A DNA stretch of 64,000 nucleotides from Atractiella rhizophila (Eukaryota), in contig MU271194.1 of the NCBI GenBank assembly GCA_021432655.1, positions 81,522 through 145,521 on the forward strand, given 5' to 3'. The position numbers and the translations under genes are program-made. Below are positions 1 to 13,074 of the stretch, in pieces. The stretch's first letter is position 1. Every line of letters begins with the position of its first letter. The notes below the pieces were generated by a model, which searched no databases, was not told the DNA's origin, and saw only the letters and a list, made by a program, of their open reading frames with translations.

Positions 1-834
1 AGCTTATATGAGTGGGTGTACGAGCATGTAAAGAAAGACGTCGTTGTGGGTTCCATCACTGGCGGAACGGACATCTGTTCCCTCTTCTGCGGCTACGGCA
101 CCTACCTACCTGTAGGTCCTACTTAGGACCTCCCTCATGAATTAGTGCAAACTGATCGAGCTTGCAGGTATACGCGGGCGAAATCCAGCACGCAAATCTG
201 GGGATGGCAATCGAAGCTTGGAACGAAGAAGGGAAAAAGGTGGCAGTGGGAGAGAGCGGGGAGCTCGTGTGCATCAAGCCGTTCCCCGCGATGCCTATTC
301 GCTTCTGGCCTACCACGGAGGATCCGGATGGGATGCAAAGGTATCGGGCCGCGTACTTTGGAGATTTCGAAGGGGTGTGGAAACACGGAGACTACTGTTC
401 GTCTTTCTCTCCTTTTCCCCCAAATATAAGTAAAGAAGATGAGCTGAATCGAGCAACTTAGGCATATTCACCGAGAGAGGAGGAATTGTTATGCTTGGAC
501 GGTCAGACGCAGTCCTGAACCCATCAGGAGTACGCTTTGGCAGCGCTGAGATTTACGAGGTGCTAGAAGGGATGGGCGAAGCTGAGGGAATCCTCGATTC
601 GCTGGCTGTAGGACAACCTATCGATGAAGGGGCTGATGAGAGGGTCGTCCTTTTTCTGGTCATGCAAGAGGGCCATCTATTGGACGAAGAACGAGCGAAG
701 AGAGTGAAGGCGAAGATTAGACAAGCGCAAGCTGACTGTTCCTGAATTAGGAATAAGCATACTGATGTCGACATTAGGAGGAGCCCTAGACACGTACCTG
801 CCGTGGTGTTACAGGTCCAAGATATCCCCTACAC
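1..834 (+). CDS. Acetoacetyl-CoA synthetase (acetoacetate-CoA ligase), 3' portion; 5' end outside the window, last exon unreadable
   Basis: Spliced exons give [73 protein letters not shown] and [19 protein letters not shown], all typical of the family. Includes a GC-AG intron at 727-777. Confidence 0.9.
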
Positions 835-1201
835 GTGCGATATCTCATCTCTTTTGACACCCTGCGCACACCCAAACCAGAAGAAAAACGAAAAAAAGCG
901 AAAAGCCCCGCAAAAAAAACAGACGCGGCGCATGCATCCGCCACAGACCCTCGGAAAGCAAAAGAAAAACACAGGGGCCCCCCCGAAAACAAAAAAAATC
1001 GGGACACAGAGAAAAACACAAAATCTACAAAAGAATATACAAAAACAAGAGACCCCGCTCAAAAGCTAGAACAAAAATCGACACAAACATGTCTTGTACA
1101 AGAGAGAACGCAAGATGTATAAACTACCTATTGGTGTTCGGGGAGTTGAAGTATGCTCCGATGTCATTTTGTTAGTTTTGCAACATCCATTAACAGCTAA
1201 A

Positions 1202-2875
1202 TCACGAGGACACGTTCTTCCGTCGTGCGACTGCAAGCACCAAAGCGGCAGCAGCGTAAATCCCCTTTGTACCCCTGTCAGTATCCTGAGTTCGAGGAGG
1301 GAGGGAGGGACAAACAGCAGAAAGAAACCAAGAAAAGTTAGGTGCGCTATCCAATGTAGCACTGTAAACCGACCCAAGAATGATGGGAGAGATCGTCAAT
1401 CCAATGGCGTCCAAGACCGCAAAGCCTTGTATAAGGCTATCTGTTCGTTTAACAAGCTGGGTCATGAATGCTTGTATTGATGGAGCCGCCCCACTCGACA
1501 GTCCCGCCATGGCCAGACCCACGAGAAGGCCCACCCAGGACTTTGAAAGACCAATAAGAAAGATGCCGCCACTATTGAGTGCGAAGGAGAGGGAGGAGAA
1601 GAGTAAATCAAAGTGATTCGGTCCAGGAGACGACGAAGGTGCTTCGGAGAGTAGAGGTGTAGTGATGCTGGGTGTGGTTGGAGGTGTTGAGCGGCGCATA
1701 CCCGAGAATAGTCGCCTACCGTAACTCGATAGTGGTGGGAAAATAAGGATGGAGTATATCGACTGTTCGAGGAGTGTTATGATATGAATGAGTTAAAAAT
1801 AAATGGGGACGGCGAACCTGAATGCCCAGATAATATGCGAGAAGAAATCCAAGATCCTTTTCCGAATAATGTAACCTCCCAGTTGTAAACAACATGAGCA
1901 TCTAACCCGTTTGTTAGCCCGCGGCTCTGGGAACAGTGACAATATCGAACCTGATTGAAGAACCCCACCACCAGCAAGCTCAGAAAGTACGCAGCACCAC
2001 ATCCCAGTAAAGCATAGCTCCTTTGCCTTCTTGCTCTCCCAGCCGCGTCAGGCGGGAATAACAAGCGCTTTGCCCTTTTATACCCCTCTTTGAAACCTGT
2101 CGAGCCCTCTTTTTCTTCCTCTTTCCTTTGTAGCTTGAGCTCGGCTTTCGCCTCGTCAGTCAAGGACTCTCTGACGGTTGCAAGGACGAGCAGTAAATTG
2201 AGCGACTGGACAGCTAGAGCAATCCACAGAGGAAAGGTCAAGAGTCCGGTTCGATTTGCGATCCATCCCCCTCCACCTGTACTGACGGCAGTCGCAAGGC
2301 CAGCCATGCCCCTTTGCACGGCAAACCAACCTGCCCGTTTATGCATTTTGTCTTCTGGCAAGAGGTCGATGATGTAGTTCTGCCAGGCGAGATTGAAAAG
2401 AAATGGTCCCAAAGAGCCAATGGATACGACTGCTAGCATGAGGAGTAGGAATGAATGCAGAGTCAGGGATGCGATGACGAGGGTTGTGTTCAGAAGAGAA
2501 GCGAGGAGGGCATAAATGACGAGCCGCTTCCTCCCTATCCTTTGATTCTTTAGACCAGCACTTAAAGCAGATAAGAATCATACCCCGGGTGTTCACGAGA
2601 TGAGAAAACTCCTTAATACTGACTAGGCTTATGATGCACTCAAAGCACACCATCGCGCTCATCAGTCCACTCTGAATACGCTCGACCTCAACTGAGGAGC
2701 ATTTCGAGTCGTCCAGCTCCAAATCGAACTCTTGGAAGTAGAATCGGCATGCCCATTGACGATAGATCATGGGAATAATTGGCATTGGGAGTCCATGGGC
2801 GACGTTGTAGAGGAAGATTGGCGAGAGGATGGAATAGAGCGTTGCTTTCGGTGCAAGTCGCCGCAGCTTGAACAT
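1202..2875 (-). CDS. Major facilitator superfamily transporter (SLC46/tetracycline-efflux-like), multi-exon
   Basis: ATG at 2875. Multiple hydrophobic helices run across ORFs 2339-2875, 1777-2439 and 1202-1699, including ACRFY...CSSVEVERIQS and LTISPIILGSVYSAT. Short GT-AG introns join the pieces. Confidence 0.8.
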
Positions 2876-3823
2876 TGCGGACAGTCTGCAAGGAATGTTA
2901 GTTGGTTATCGAAAAGTTGCAGCACAGACAGGTTATGCCAATTTTAAGATGTTGAGCGGTGGGAATTCTGCAGCACAACTTGTTGGGGAGAACAGTCTGC
3001 TAGAGACACAATGGACGGCGACAAAGGCTGACGCGTATTTTGAGCCATGTGATTTTTTTTGCGCAAGATATAATATACACGACTTTTAGGTCAACCAGCC
3101 TGCTGCATCATCTGCAAGTGCGCATAGAGTCTAACAACACCCAAACTAGGCAAGGTAAGAGGGATACTGGCGGCATTAGGCGGAATTTGATACAGTTATA
3201 CTGGAGAAAACACCACCTGGCTCTCAGTGACAGGGCTCCCCCTTTCACACAGAAACGAATACGTGAAGAGCGTGTTCCCCTCACCATCCACCTCAATATG
3301 CAGCAACAGCGTATAACGTTTAGCATACATGAATGATATGCATGCTGATTGGAACAGACAATGTTTCAGGTTAATCTCGACTGAGCCATAGCATCCAACA
3401 CAAATTTTAAGGATTTCAGGCCAGAGACAACCTCAAAGCGAGGAATCTGTCGCGTCTAACCGCTCCATTTCTTAGACCGCACCCTTTTGCTGGTTCAAAA
3501 GCCCGACCAGCTCATCATCGAAGCGTGTAACCAAGCTCCAAAGAGCGGATGGAGTTCAGCAGTGTCCGGCTTACCAGCCGCTGGATTAGAAGAAGGTGAT
3601 GCGGAATCCATTCCTTTTTTGTGAATTTAGTAAATTTTCACCTCAAATGGACGATCTGCGCGACATAGCCAGAAAGGCGACTCAAACTATTGTACGATTT
3701 GGTACGATCTTGCCCCGAAATGAGAAAGGACGACTGGACATTGTTTTTCGCACTGATCTAAACAATTTACATGAAGTCGAGGCATAATAGCGAAAGAAAT
3801 GCAACTTTGACTACCAACTGCAC

Positions 3824-3840
3824 TTGCGTCATTACGTCAT
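3824..3840. promoter_or_regulatory. Tandem CRE/ATF-like bZIP sites (TTGCGTCATTACGTCAT); second copy at ~5453-5469
   Basis: The reverse complement contains ATGACGTAA and ATGACGCAA. Motif match only. Confidence 0.3.
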
Positions 3841-4204
3841 GCACAAAGCTCTCATTGCCCAAAAGCCCCGACTAAGGACAGATAAACGTACCTAAGCACC
3901 TTTACTCTGATTCCAGTCAATTCCAAGAATGCTTCTCAGCTGCAATCAATCGACAATCGACCAATCCCAGTTCGTCGTTTATCTGTGTTTGGGCGGAAGG
4001 CGTCACTAATTGTGATCGCAATTCCGGCTGCTTGAACCTTGGCTTGCTCCAGTTCAACCAAGTCGAACTTGCTCGAATTCGCAGGCTGCCCTATAAGAGC
4101 CTTGCCTTGTCCTGTCCATTCCGCTCTTCACGGCTGGATATCGTCAAATTCGCACCTCGAGCTTTCCGTCGTCGGTAACACGGAGCGCTGCTTGTCAGCT
4201 CAGC

Positions 4205-4534
4205 TTAACGGTCTTTCACGCTACTTCGTTGAAGAATCATACCCCGGGTGTTCACGAGATGAGAAAACTCCTTAATACTGACTAGGCTTATGATGCACTC
4301 AAAGCACACCATCGCGCTCATCAGTCCACTCTGAATACGCTCGACCTCAACTGAGGAGCATTTCGAGTCGTCCAGCTCCAAATCGAACTCTTGGAAGTAG
4401 AATCGGCATGCCCATTGACGATAGATCATGGGGATAATTGGCATTGGGAGTCCATGGGCGACGTTGTAGAGGAAGATTGGCGAGAGGATGGAATAGAGCG
4501 TTGCTTTCGGTGCAACTCGCCGCAGCTTGAACAT
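4205..4534 (-). pseudogene. Truncated duplicate of the MFS gene 5' exon
   Basis: MFKLRRVAPKATLYS...HLVNTRGMIL matches the MFS first exon, then runs across the duplication junction into a stop at 4205. Confidence 0.8.
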
Positions 4535-7124
4535 TGCGGACTGTCTGCAAGGAATGTTAGTTGGGTTGCAGCACAGACGGGTCGATGCCAATTGTAACAT
4601 GCTGAGGCAGAGAAATCCATTCGTTGGCGAGAACAGTCTGCTAGAGACGCAATGGACGGCGACAAAGGCTGACGCGTATTTTGAGCCATGTGAATTTTTT
4701 TTGCGCAAGATATGCACGACTTTTAGGTCAACCAGCCTGCTGCATCATCTGCAAGTACATATAGAGTCCAACTACACCCCAACTAGGCAAGGTAAGAGGG
4801 ATATTGGCGGCATTAGGCGGAATTTGATACAGTTATACTGCAGAAAACACCACCTGGCTCTCAGTGACAGGGCTCCGCCTTTCACACAGAAACGAATACG
4901 TGAAGAGCGTGTTCCCCTCACCATCCGCCTCAATATGCAGCAACAGCGTATAACGTTTAGCATACATGAATGATATGCATGCTGATTGGAACAGACAATG
5001 TTTCAGGTTAATCTCGACTGAGCCATAGCACCCAACACAAATTTTAAGGATTTCAGGCCAGAGACAACCTCAAAGCGAGGAATCTGTCGCGTCTAACCGC
5101 TCCATTTCTTAGACAGCACCCTTTTGCTGGTTCAAAAGCCCGACCAGCTCATGATCGAAGCATGTAACCAAGCTCCAAAGAGCGGGATGGAGTTCAGCAG
5201 TATCCGGCTTACCAGCCGCTGGATTAGAAGAAGGTGATGCGGAATCCATTCCTTTTTTGTGAATTTAGTAAATTTTCACCTCAAATGGACGATCTGCGCG
5301 ACATAGCCAGAAAGGCGACTCAAACTATTGTACGATTTGGTACGATCTTGCCCCGAAATGAGAAAGGACGATTGGACATTGTTTTTCGCACTGATCTAAA
5401 CAATTTACATGAAGTCGAGGTATAATAGCGAAAGAAATGCAACTTTCTGCACTTGCGTCATTACGTCATGCACAAAGCTCTCATTGCCCAAAAGCCCCGA
5501 CTAAGGACAGATAAACGTACCTAAGCACCTTTACTCTGATTCCAGTCAATTCCAAGAATGCTTCTCAGCTGCAATCAATCAGCCAATCCCAGTTCGTCGT
5601 TTATCTGTGTTTGGGCGGAAGGCGTCACTAATTGTGATCGCAATTCCGGCTGCTTGAACCTTGGCTTGCTCCAGTTCAACCAAGTCGAACTTGCTCGAAT
5701 TCGCAGGCTGCCCTATAAGAGCCTTGCCTTGTCCTGTCCCTTCTGCTCTTCACGGCTGGATATCGTCAAATTCGCACCTCGGGGCTTTCCGTCGTTCGGT
5801 AACACGGAGCGCTTCTTGTCAGCTCAGCTTAACGGTCTTTCACGCTACTTCGTTGGTTCCGTCAGCTTGTTCCGGCGCATAGTTCCTTGTGCCACTGGGG
5901 AGAAGATCAGGAGGAGAAAACGAGAATTTCAGCTTGCTGAAAGGTGTTATAAGGTCTGGATCTGGCATTGAGCAACAGCTGCTTCAGGACAGCTTGCTTT
6001 GGAGGAGTAAGTAAAGGAAGACTCGTTCATTTTTAAGGTAAGCTTTTGCGTTTCGTAGAAAAAAGAGGATGGTAGTGTCTCTTTTGATGCCTACTTGGCA
6101 CAATTCCGTGCGCACTTTTAAGGAGAATCTGCACTCTACTGGTTTATTTCGACGAATATTGTTCAGCTCGGACAGCTGCGTACTATTGCCTTTTTGACGA
6201 AGTTTTGAGCCATGATATGATATGGACGCATAGAGAGAGGAACCGTCCTTAGTGATTCCACCTCAGCCTGATCAACTGCTTTTGTGTTTCATGCCACTAT
6301 CTAAATTGCAATATTCTCCCTCTACAATTTGTTCCTCCCAACCTGCCCGGAGAAAGCGTTATGCTGTAGATGTTTCTGAACACAACTCGGTGACCGTGCC
6401 CTTTTAATTTAGTTAGTTCACACTTAGCGCCGTGGCTGCCTCTGAGCTCCTGCCAGTCTATTCCATCCGAGCCTTATTGCTACGGCATTTTCCCGCTTGT
6501 GCTTTTCATTGAAAACTGGAGATTTCCTGCATGAGTTGGCGTTAGACAAAGGACCTGGTTGTATCGTTGACTATTGATTGCATCATTGTGTACCTTTCAC
6601 AACTAGAACTAAAGATATTTATTATGTATCAACCCGAATTTCTCAGTAACTTTTCTCAACACCCTTCCTGCAAGATTGGTCCAGAATCAAGGGACTGTTG
6701 GCCCAAGCAGCGTTTCACTGACAAGTGTGACAATGCTTTGGAGTTCCATTTGATAGTGAATGAAGTGTTCTATTTTGTTCAGAGATGGATATATAACTGA
6801 AGTTACTATCCAACTAATATGATCCCAACTCTGGCGCACCGTCACCTTTGGAGCGATTTTCGATGCCTTGCGCTAATTCCCCATCCTCACAAGTAAAGCG
6901 GCCGTTACAATACCGTTCCAACGGATACTGATAATAAAATTTTGATTTGTATCTCACATATGTTATCCGTGCGCGATGCACGCGGATGGGGGATTCTTCC
7001 GTTTCATGTCCCAAACCCGATCTCTATCCCGGTCTCTTATGCCTCTGCCGTCTCGTCTTTTCCTCTCATTCTTGTTGCTACTTTTTTGCGTCAAAACCGA
7101 CCCTATTCACTCATTAACATTAAC

Positions 7125-8364
7125 ATGGGGCTCTTAGACAATTTACACATCTCGATGAATCCAAACACAGTCCTTCTCGTCGTTGTCCCTCTTGGATCGG
7201 CCCTGATCCTTGGCCTTCTTTTCTTCTGGATTTGGCTCAATCGAAGACGTGCGAGGCAAGCCAGAGCGCAAGTTAAGGATTGGAGAGATGGTGTCAAACC
7301 AGAGGGGGAGGGAGATGCTCTGGAGGTAGTTGTCGGCGTCAAGCAGCTGACAGAAAAAGAGCTGGAGAGCGGGTTGTACAATTCGTACTCTGAAAAACAC
7401 TCGGTTTGTGCTTCTTTACAAGTAAAAGGTACAATTATTGACCGAGGCGCTGTAGGAGTTCAACGTTGTTGTTACGCCTCCTCCCGTCACGCCACCGCAT
7501 GCGTTTACGGCTTCGATGCGGATCGAACCCTGGCAATTCCCTCCATCGCTCCCTGGGTTTGAAGTCCCTACCACCCCGTCGACCTTCACGATGCCCAGCA
7601 CACCATCACCTGCCTATGCCCCTCCATCTCGTGCTCCATCTTATAAATCCACCACCAGCCGCTCTCCCTCTTCTTCTCGCTCTCCTTCGACCAAGCTTCC
7701 TAGGTTCCCAAGGTTTCCTATATCGCCAAAGTCTCCAACGTTTCCAAAGTCCCCTCGGTCTCCTAACTCAGCACCTGACCTGACCATGGACGACTTTTTC
7801 TTGCCTTCTGACACGCCTTCCGTGCCACTGCCCATCTCTGCGGCGATGGCGATGTCTTCGTCTAATCTAGAGATCATCACACCGCCGCTTCATCTCATGC
7901 CGAACAGTCCAATCAGTGCAGAGCTGAGGAGGGTGGAGAGCGAGAAGAGGAGAAATTTCGAAGGCAAAGAAGCGGAGAAAAGAACACTTCCTCTCCGTCG
8001 CGAGGAGGGCCTGTACTTCAACGGCACTCGTTTCGAAGGCGGCGTTGGATTGGAAAGGGCAAGGAGCGAACGTATCGTCCGATCGGCCAGCGAGGGAAGG
8101 GCGAAGATGGCTGCCCGCAAGCATCGACAGGCGGAGAGCGAGGGTGGACGGTCGAGAGGAGCCAGGAGGAGCGCGACGCTGAATATGCCTCGAGAGAAGA
8201 GGAGAGAGCGTGGAAGAGGAGCGATCCCTAACGCTGCTGTTACGCCTTTTCAACTCGATTCGCCTCCCTCGAGGACGTCCAGCCTTAATAAACAGCATAG
8301 ACGACCAAAAGCTCCTCCATTTACGAGAGAGGGTTCAGTGTCCTCCATCCAAAACATCGCTTAA
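7125..8364 (+). CDS. Hypothetical single-pass membrane protein with Pro/Ser/Arg-rich disordered tail
   Basis: ATG at 7125, N-terminal hydrophobic helix (VLLVVVPLGSALILGLLFFWIWL) followed by NRRRAR. One intron at ~7404-7455 leads into ORF 7516-8364. Confidence 0.7.
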
Positions 8365-9093
8365 CATTATCTACACCATTTATCAGTATCAGTTATTGCT
8401 TCTCGTTCCGTGTATTCCCACAAATCAACCGGGCCTGCGTTGACAAACGATTTAATCCTCAACATCTTGACGATAGCATCTTCTGCAATACTTCAGCGTC
8501 GTATTGGTGCTTTAATCCTCGTTTGCTGGTCGTTCGCCTCAAATTATAACAAAAAGCCAACGTTGACAAAGGCATCATTCACCTTACCATGGACTTCGTT
8601 TTAGATTTCCTCTTCTTTCAGTAGGATACGAATGATGTTCTTGCTGGTCGTTGTCCTTTATTTTGTCGTTTGCATCTCCCTTAGCGCTTAAGCTCGCTGG
8701 GTTTGTCATTGTCGTCAATTCCACCAGAGGTGTATTGTCTTTCATTGCTAGCGTCAGAGACTGTGTGTACTATCCACTGTGTAGCTTAAATGATTAAATG
8801 ATCCCAGCATCGATTTATATTCTTTCCTGCCATCCATGGATTCAAGCCAAAGCATTCGAGAGAATACTAATTGAACAGCTAAAGAGCTCAATCCATTAGA
8901 ACAGGAATCTGCTTGAACATACATCTTGTCGAAGGATCATAAAGGCGAAGGTCGGGTTGAAGAAGGGAGGTATGTGACATTTTGGATTCGGTCAAGGAAT
9001 AGATAGTGTAAAATGACGTATATTAAGAATAAATGAACCAAGAACTCCACAACCCGAAGCAAGCGCCGTCAGATCGTCGTCTGTAGAACAGGT

Positions 9094-10181
9094 TTAGTTG
9101 GTCCTCTGCCTCTTTTTGCTCCTCTTCTCCTCCTCCTCATCTAAATCAATCTCCTTCGAAGCGTCATCGTCGTCCTCTTCGTCCTCGCTGTGGTCTTCTC
9201 CATCTTCGAGGTCGCTATCAACATAGACGCCAGCGAAGAGGTCGAGAGCCTGCTCATACACAACGTTAAACTGTCCAATCGAATAACAGGTCAGGCCTGC
9301 GTTCATTCAATGGTTATGAGCGGAGGAGCGTACCATTTCAGCGAAGTTGTAAGGGTCCTGTCCATCCTCGCCACTAGTGAAGTAGTTGAAAAAAGAACCG
9401 TGGATCTGATCAGGAACCTCGTCGAACTCCTCCATATCGTCGATATTCTTCGCAGGATACTTCTTGACGAGATTCTTATCTTCCGACTTCCAATCAATCG
9501 GGGTAGGTGACGTGTAGGTCTCTGCTTCCAACGAGTATTTGGGGACGGGGGCCGCAGGAGTTTCCAATTTGACGTTGTCCGCAGGTGTCAAACTATAGGA
9601 CTTGACAAGGGTTGTGTTGCTGAAGAATGGGTTCTCCTTGAAAGTCTGTGTATTTCGAACGTATGTCAGAAAGGTGTCTGGCAGTGAACAGAACAGCAGC
9701 GCAACGCACGAGCACAATGTCAAAATACCTAGGATCCTCCTTGTGAATGATTTTCAAATCTTCCAGAGCTTCAAGAGCCTCTCTGTCCTCAGCAACCATG
9801 AAGCTGCTCAGGTTGGCAAAGTTGGTCAACTGTTCTCCCCGTTGACGCGTTCAACTCCCAATTAGATCAGAGAAGAAGAAATACGTACAGCAGTCAACCA
9901 AAATTTGGGGTACTTTTTGATGAGCGCCTCTCGTTGGGCGAGTACCTTCTCCTGAGCTGCCAACTTCTGTTTCCCTGTTACACCAAACAAATCACGAAAA
10001 AACGCGTAAAGTCAGACATTCTTCCCTGTGCCGTTTCCAACAAAGACGTACAAGCCTCATATTCGACCTTTTGCCAGGACTCCACAATGGTATTAGCCTC
10101 CTCGACATTGGCACCATAAATCTCCTTGTACCTCAAAGATTTGATGGACACCATATCAACAATTTCTCCGTTCGCTGCCAT
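9094..10181 (-). CDS. Nucleosome assembly protein (NAP/SET/Vps75 family) histone chaperone
   Basis: Spliced motifs REALIKKYPKFWLTA, FKENPFFSNTTLVKSY, TPIDWK and GSFFNYF, then an acidic tail with a basic NLS (KRSKKRQR). Confidence 0.85.
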
Positions 10182-10415
10182 GCTAGAGAATGCGGTGGAG
10201 AAACGGGAAGTCTGAGAGGTTTGTCGTTTTTGAAAGGAAAAAATTGCGGCCGATTCCGGTGGTTTCGGTACCGCGCTTGTTCCGGATAGGCCGCCGTCCG
10301 GCCTGCAAGGAAGCAAAGACGAGACGCGTCTTAGTTGAAGCTTCCTGCCAGTCAAGTAGATTCCTTGAGAAAGCCTCCACCGAACACATAGGACAAGTGA
10401 AGAGGTAGCATAAAG
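10182..10415. promoter_or_regulatory. Short bidirectional promoter between the NAP-family and PC4 genes
   Basis: The divergent ATGs are 234 bp apart. Palindrome AGACGCGTCT (MCB core ACGCGT) at 10322-10331, plus several CCG/CGG triplets. Confidence 0.5.
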
Positions 10416-11057
10416 ATGGGGAAACGCAAAAACGAGCCGAAATCAGATGAATTTGTTGTGGACTCTGACGCGAGCGAGGAGGAAAAACCCGTGAAGAAGA
10501 AAGCGAAGAAAGAGAGCGAATCCTCTAAAAAGTCTAAGGAGATAATGGAGAAAAGCTCTAAGGTATGTGTCCCATGGTTATGGCCTATGTATTCCTGATG
10601 TCTGTCCAACAGAAGAAGGTGGATTCTGAGCAGGAAGAGGAGTCTGAGACTGAGCCTCAAGGTTCCTCGAAGGACGTGAAGGTGAAGAAGAACAAAGATG
10701 GGAAACCCTACGTAGAGGTTTGTCTCCTTTCTCTACATCAAACCCGAATATTAATGATTACAAAAAACAGCTTGGGAAGTTACGACGCGTCACTGCGAGC
10801 TCCTTCCGTGGAAAAGAGAGCATTGATATCCGAGAGGTTTGACCCTTCTCTCTACATTCTGACCTATGACATACCGACTCTTGCAGTATTACGAGAAAGA
10901 TGGCGACGTTCTTCCTGGTAGAAAGGGCATCTCTCTCTCTCAGGAGCAATGGGCTAAACTGAAGGAGCTTATCCCTGTTGTCAGTCTTTTCATCACCGTT
11001 TGTGTATATCGTAGCGCTAATTGTTACGTGAAGATTGATGGCATGCTTGGAAAATAG
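10416..11057 (+). CDS. SUB1: PC4/Sub1 ssDNA-binding transcriptional coactivator
   Basis: Charged N-terminus. The spliced core [47 protein letters not shown] is the PC4 domain. Confidence 0.88.
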
Positions 11058-11854
11058 TTTTGATTCTTGTTTTACGTCTGCTAGTTACACCCCCATCATC
11101 AGGGTTCAAGTCTGCTGTCAATCTCCATGTTTATCTCGACAATCATCAATATGGTAGAATGAAGTCAACCTAGATTTGGGAAAACTAGGACTTGATACTG
11201 CAGGCGAGTCATTATTTCTCTCTGAGGGAGACGACGCTTTCCTCTTCATGGTTCGATGCCTGTGCAGCAGATCCTCGTCATCAAAGAGAAGTAACGCAAA
11301 CAGTATTTAACTTGTTGCATTTGCAGCTTGCGCGACTATCTGTTACTCTCCATGCATCCGACTCGGAGCATGAAATGCCAACTCGATTGATTCCCTATGG
11401 GGTCGCTGAAAGATCGAAGAGCTGCGCACGCGAACAAAGAGGAAGGGCACAGGAGTGAATGATGTATTGTCCGGTTCAAAAACACGTTGAGAGTCATGTT
11501 AAGTAGGTCCCATTATATTCTCAACGTCAGCGTCTAGCTGGGGCTTTCGAGCGCCGGAGATCACATCTCCCAAGCAGCATGGCGCCGTCGTCTCTCCCTA
11601 CTACTACTTCAATAGCTGTCTGGTCCCAACGAGCAGCTCCACTCCTCACCACCGACTTCGGATGTTTTGGACCTTTGACACATCACAGCGGAAACGGGAA
11701 GAGAGAACCGCGGTCATGACCACAGCGCGGAGAAACTGGAGTATAGATCCGTAATAAGGAGTGGATAAATACTAAAAGGAGATATGTTCCCTCCCTCTCA
11801 ATCCGGCCAGCTTCAACGATCTCTGACCACCTGAGCACGCCATTTCCGCTACCT

Positions 11855-13074
11855 ATGGATCCCTCAAAAGCCACTGCAGCACTTAAGGATTTCTCTCTCC
11901 CTCCCTCGCCTCCCAAGACTGTTGTCATAGTCGGCGCTACCTATGGAGTAGGAGCTGCCGTTGCACGGCAATGTGCTCGTATTGGATGCGCTAGAATCTT
12001 CATTATGGGAAGGAGCGAAGATAAAGCTGAGGGTGTCTTAAAGGATTTAAAGCGGAATGGCAAGGACTACTTGCAGGTTGCCTTCGTAAAAGGGGATGTT
12101 TCGTACGTTTCTCAATCATGTTTCCGGTAAAAGGAAGCTAAGCCAGCTGCGACTGTAGCAACAAGAAGGGGATGAGGAAGGCGGCAGAGGATCTCAACAT
12201 TGCTCTCGGCACAGGACAGATTGATTATCTGGTTTGTATTCCCCTACAGATGATTCTAAAGTTACGCGGTGATGATCCATCCGGTATAGTTCATGTGCCA
12301 AAATGGGGTACCATCCGGCATTATCAGAGAGAACGACGACGGGTGCGTCTCCTATCCCGTTTATGACTCTGATGGTTTGACTTTTGCTATTTTCTAGGGA
12401 AGAGATCGCGTTCGCTATACAAACTCTTTCCCGTTTCGCTGTCCCATACCTCCTCATCAAATCCCACTCACTCGCACCGAAAGCGAAAATCATCACAATC
12501 GCGAACTCAGGAATGGACTTTGCTGAGCTTTCAACATCTGACCTTTCGCTCAAAGAGAGAGCAAAAACGAGGTCCAAGATAACTTTGACTCAAGATCAGT
12601 CGAAGAGGGATAGCTGCGTCCTTGATACCATCACAATGGTCCGTCATTCAGTTCCCAAAGACCAGAACTCTGATTCCAACCATGCATTGTAGGAGTTCAA
12701 TGCACGTTATCCTGAATACAGCTGCTACAACATCTGGCCAGGATTAGTGAAAACCGAATACTTCTTCGAGAACAATTCTCTTCCTTTCCCACTCTCAACG
12801 ATTATGAACCTCGCGGTTCGCCTGGTGGGAACAACGCCGGCTGCTTTCTCCAACACACCAGTCTACGTAGGCACCCGTCTTTCTAACCGCATGTGGACAA
12901 GTCGTTCTGAATTTCTGGCAGATTGCTTTCCACCCAGAGGCAGAAGAGAGGATGGGTAACGGGAAGCTTTGGCAATATACCATGAAGCCGAGCAAACCAG
13001 GCAGTTGGGCTCAGAACGATGAGAACAGGAAGAATTGTTGGAATGCTCTCAAAATTATGATTGGAGAAAAATAA
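11855..13074 (+). CDS. Short-chain dehydrogenase/reductase (NAD(P)-binding Rossmann fold)
   Basis: VVIVGATYGVG, IFIMGRSEDKAE, FVKGDVS, IDYL and NIWPGLVKT across several exons. Stop TAA at 13072-13074. Confidence 0.82.

Larger units (their letters stand above)
2573..5855. repeat. Head-to-tail tandem duplication, unit ~1.65 kb (copy 1 2573-4231, copy 2 4232-5855)
   Basis: Both copies start AAGAATCATACCCCGGG and end CGCTACTTCGTTG. Near-identical ORFs recur (3596-3787 vs 5234-5425; 2688-2891 vs 4347-4550). Confidence 0.95.

Noticed and set aside
786..1122. Lys-rich and Phe-rich ORFs on both strands
   Set aside because: They are open because of the T-depleted, low-quality tract.
3596..3787. 63-aa ORF repeated at 5234-5425
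   Set aside because: The identity reflects the recent duplication. No recognisable motif or splice support.
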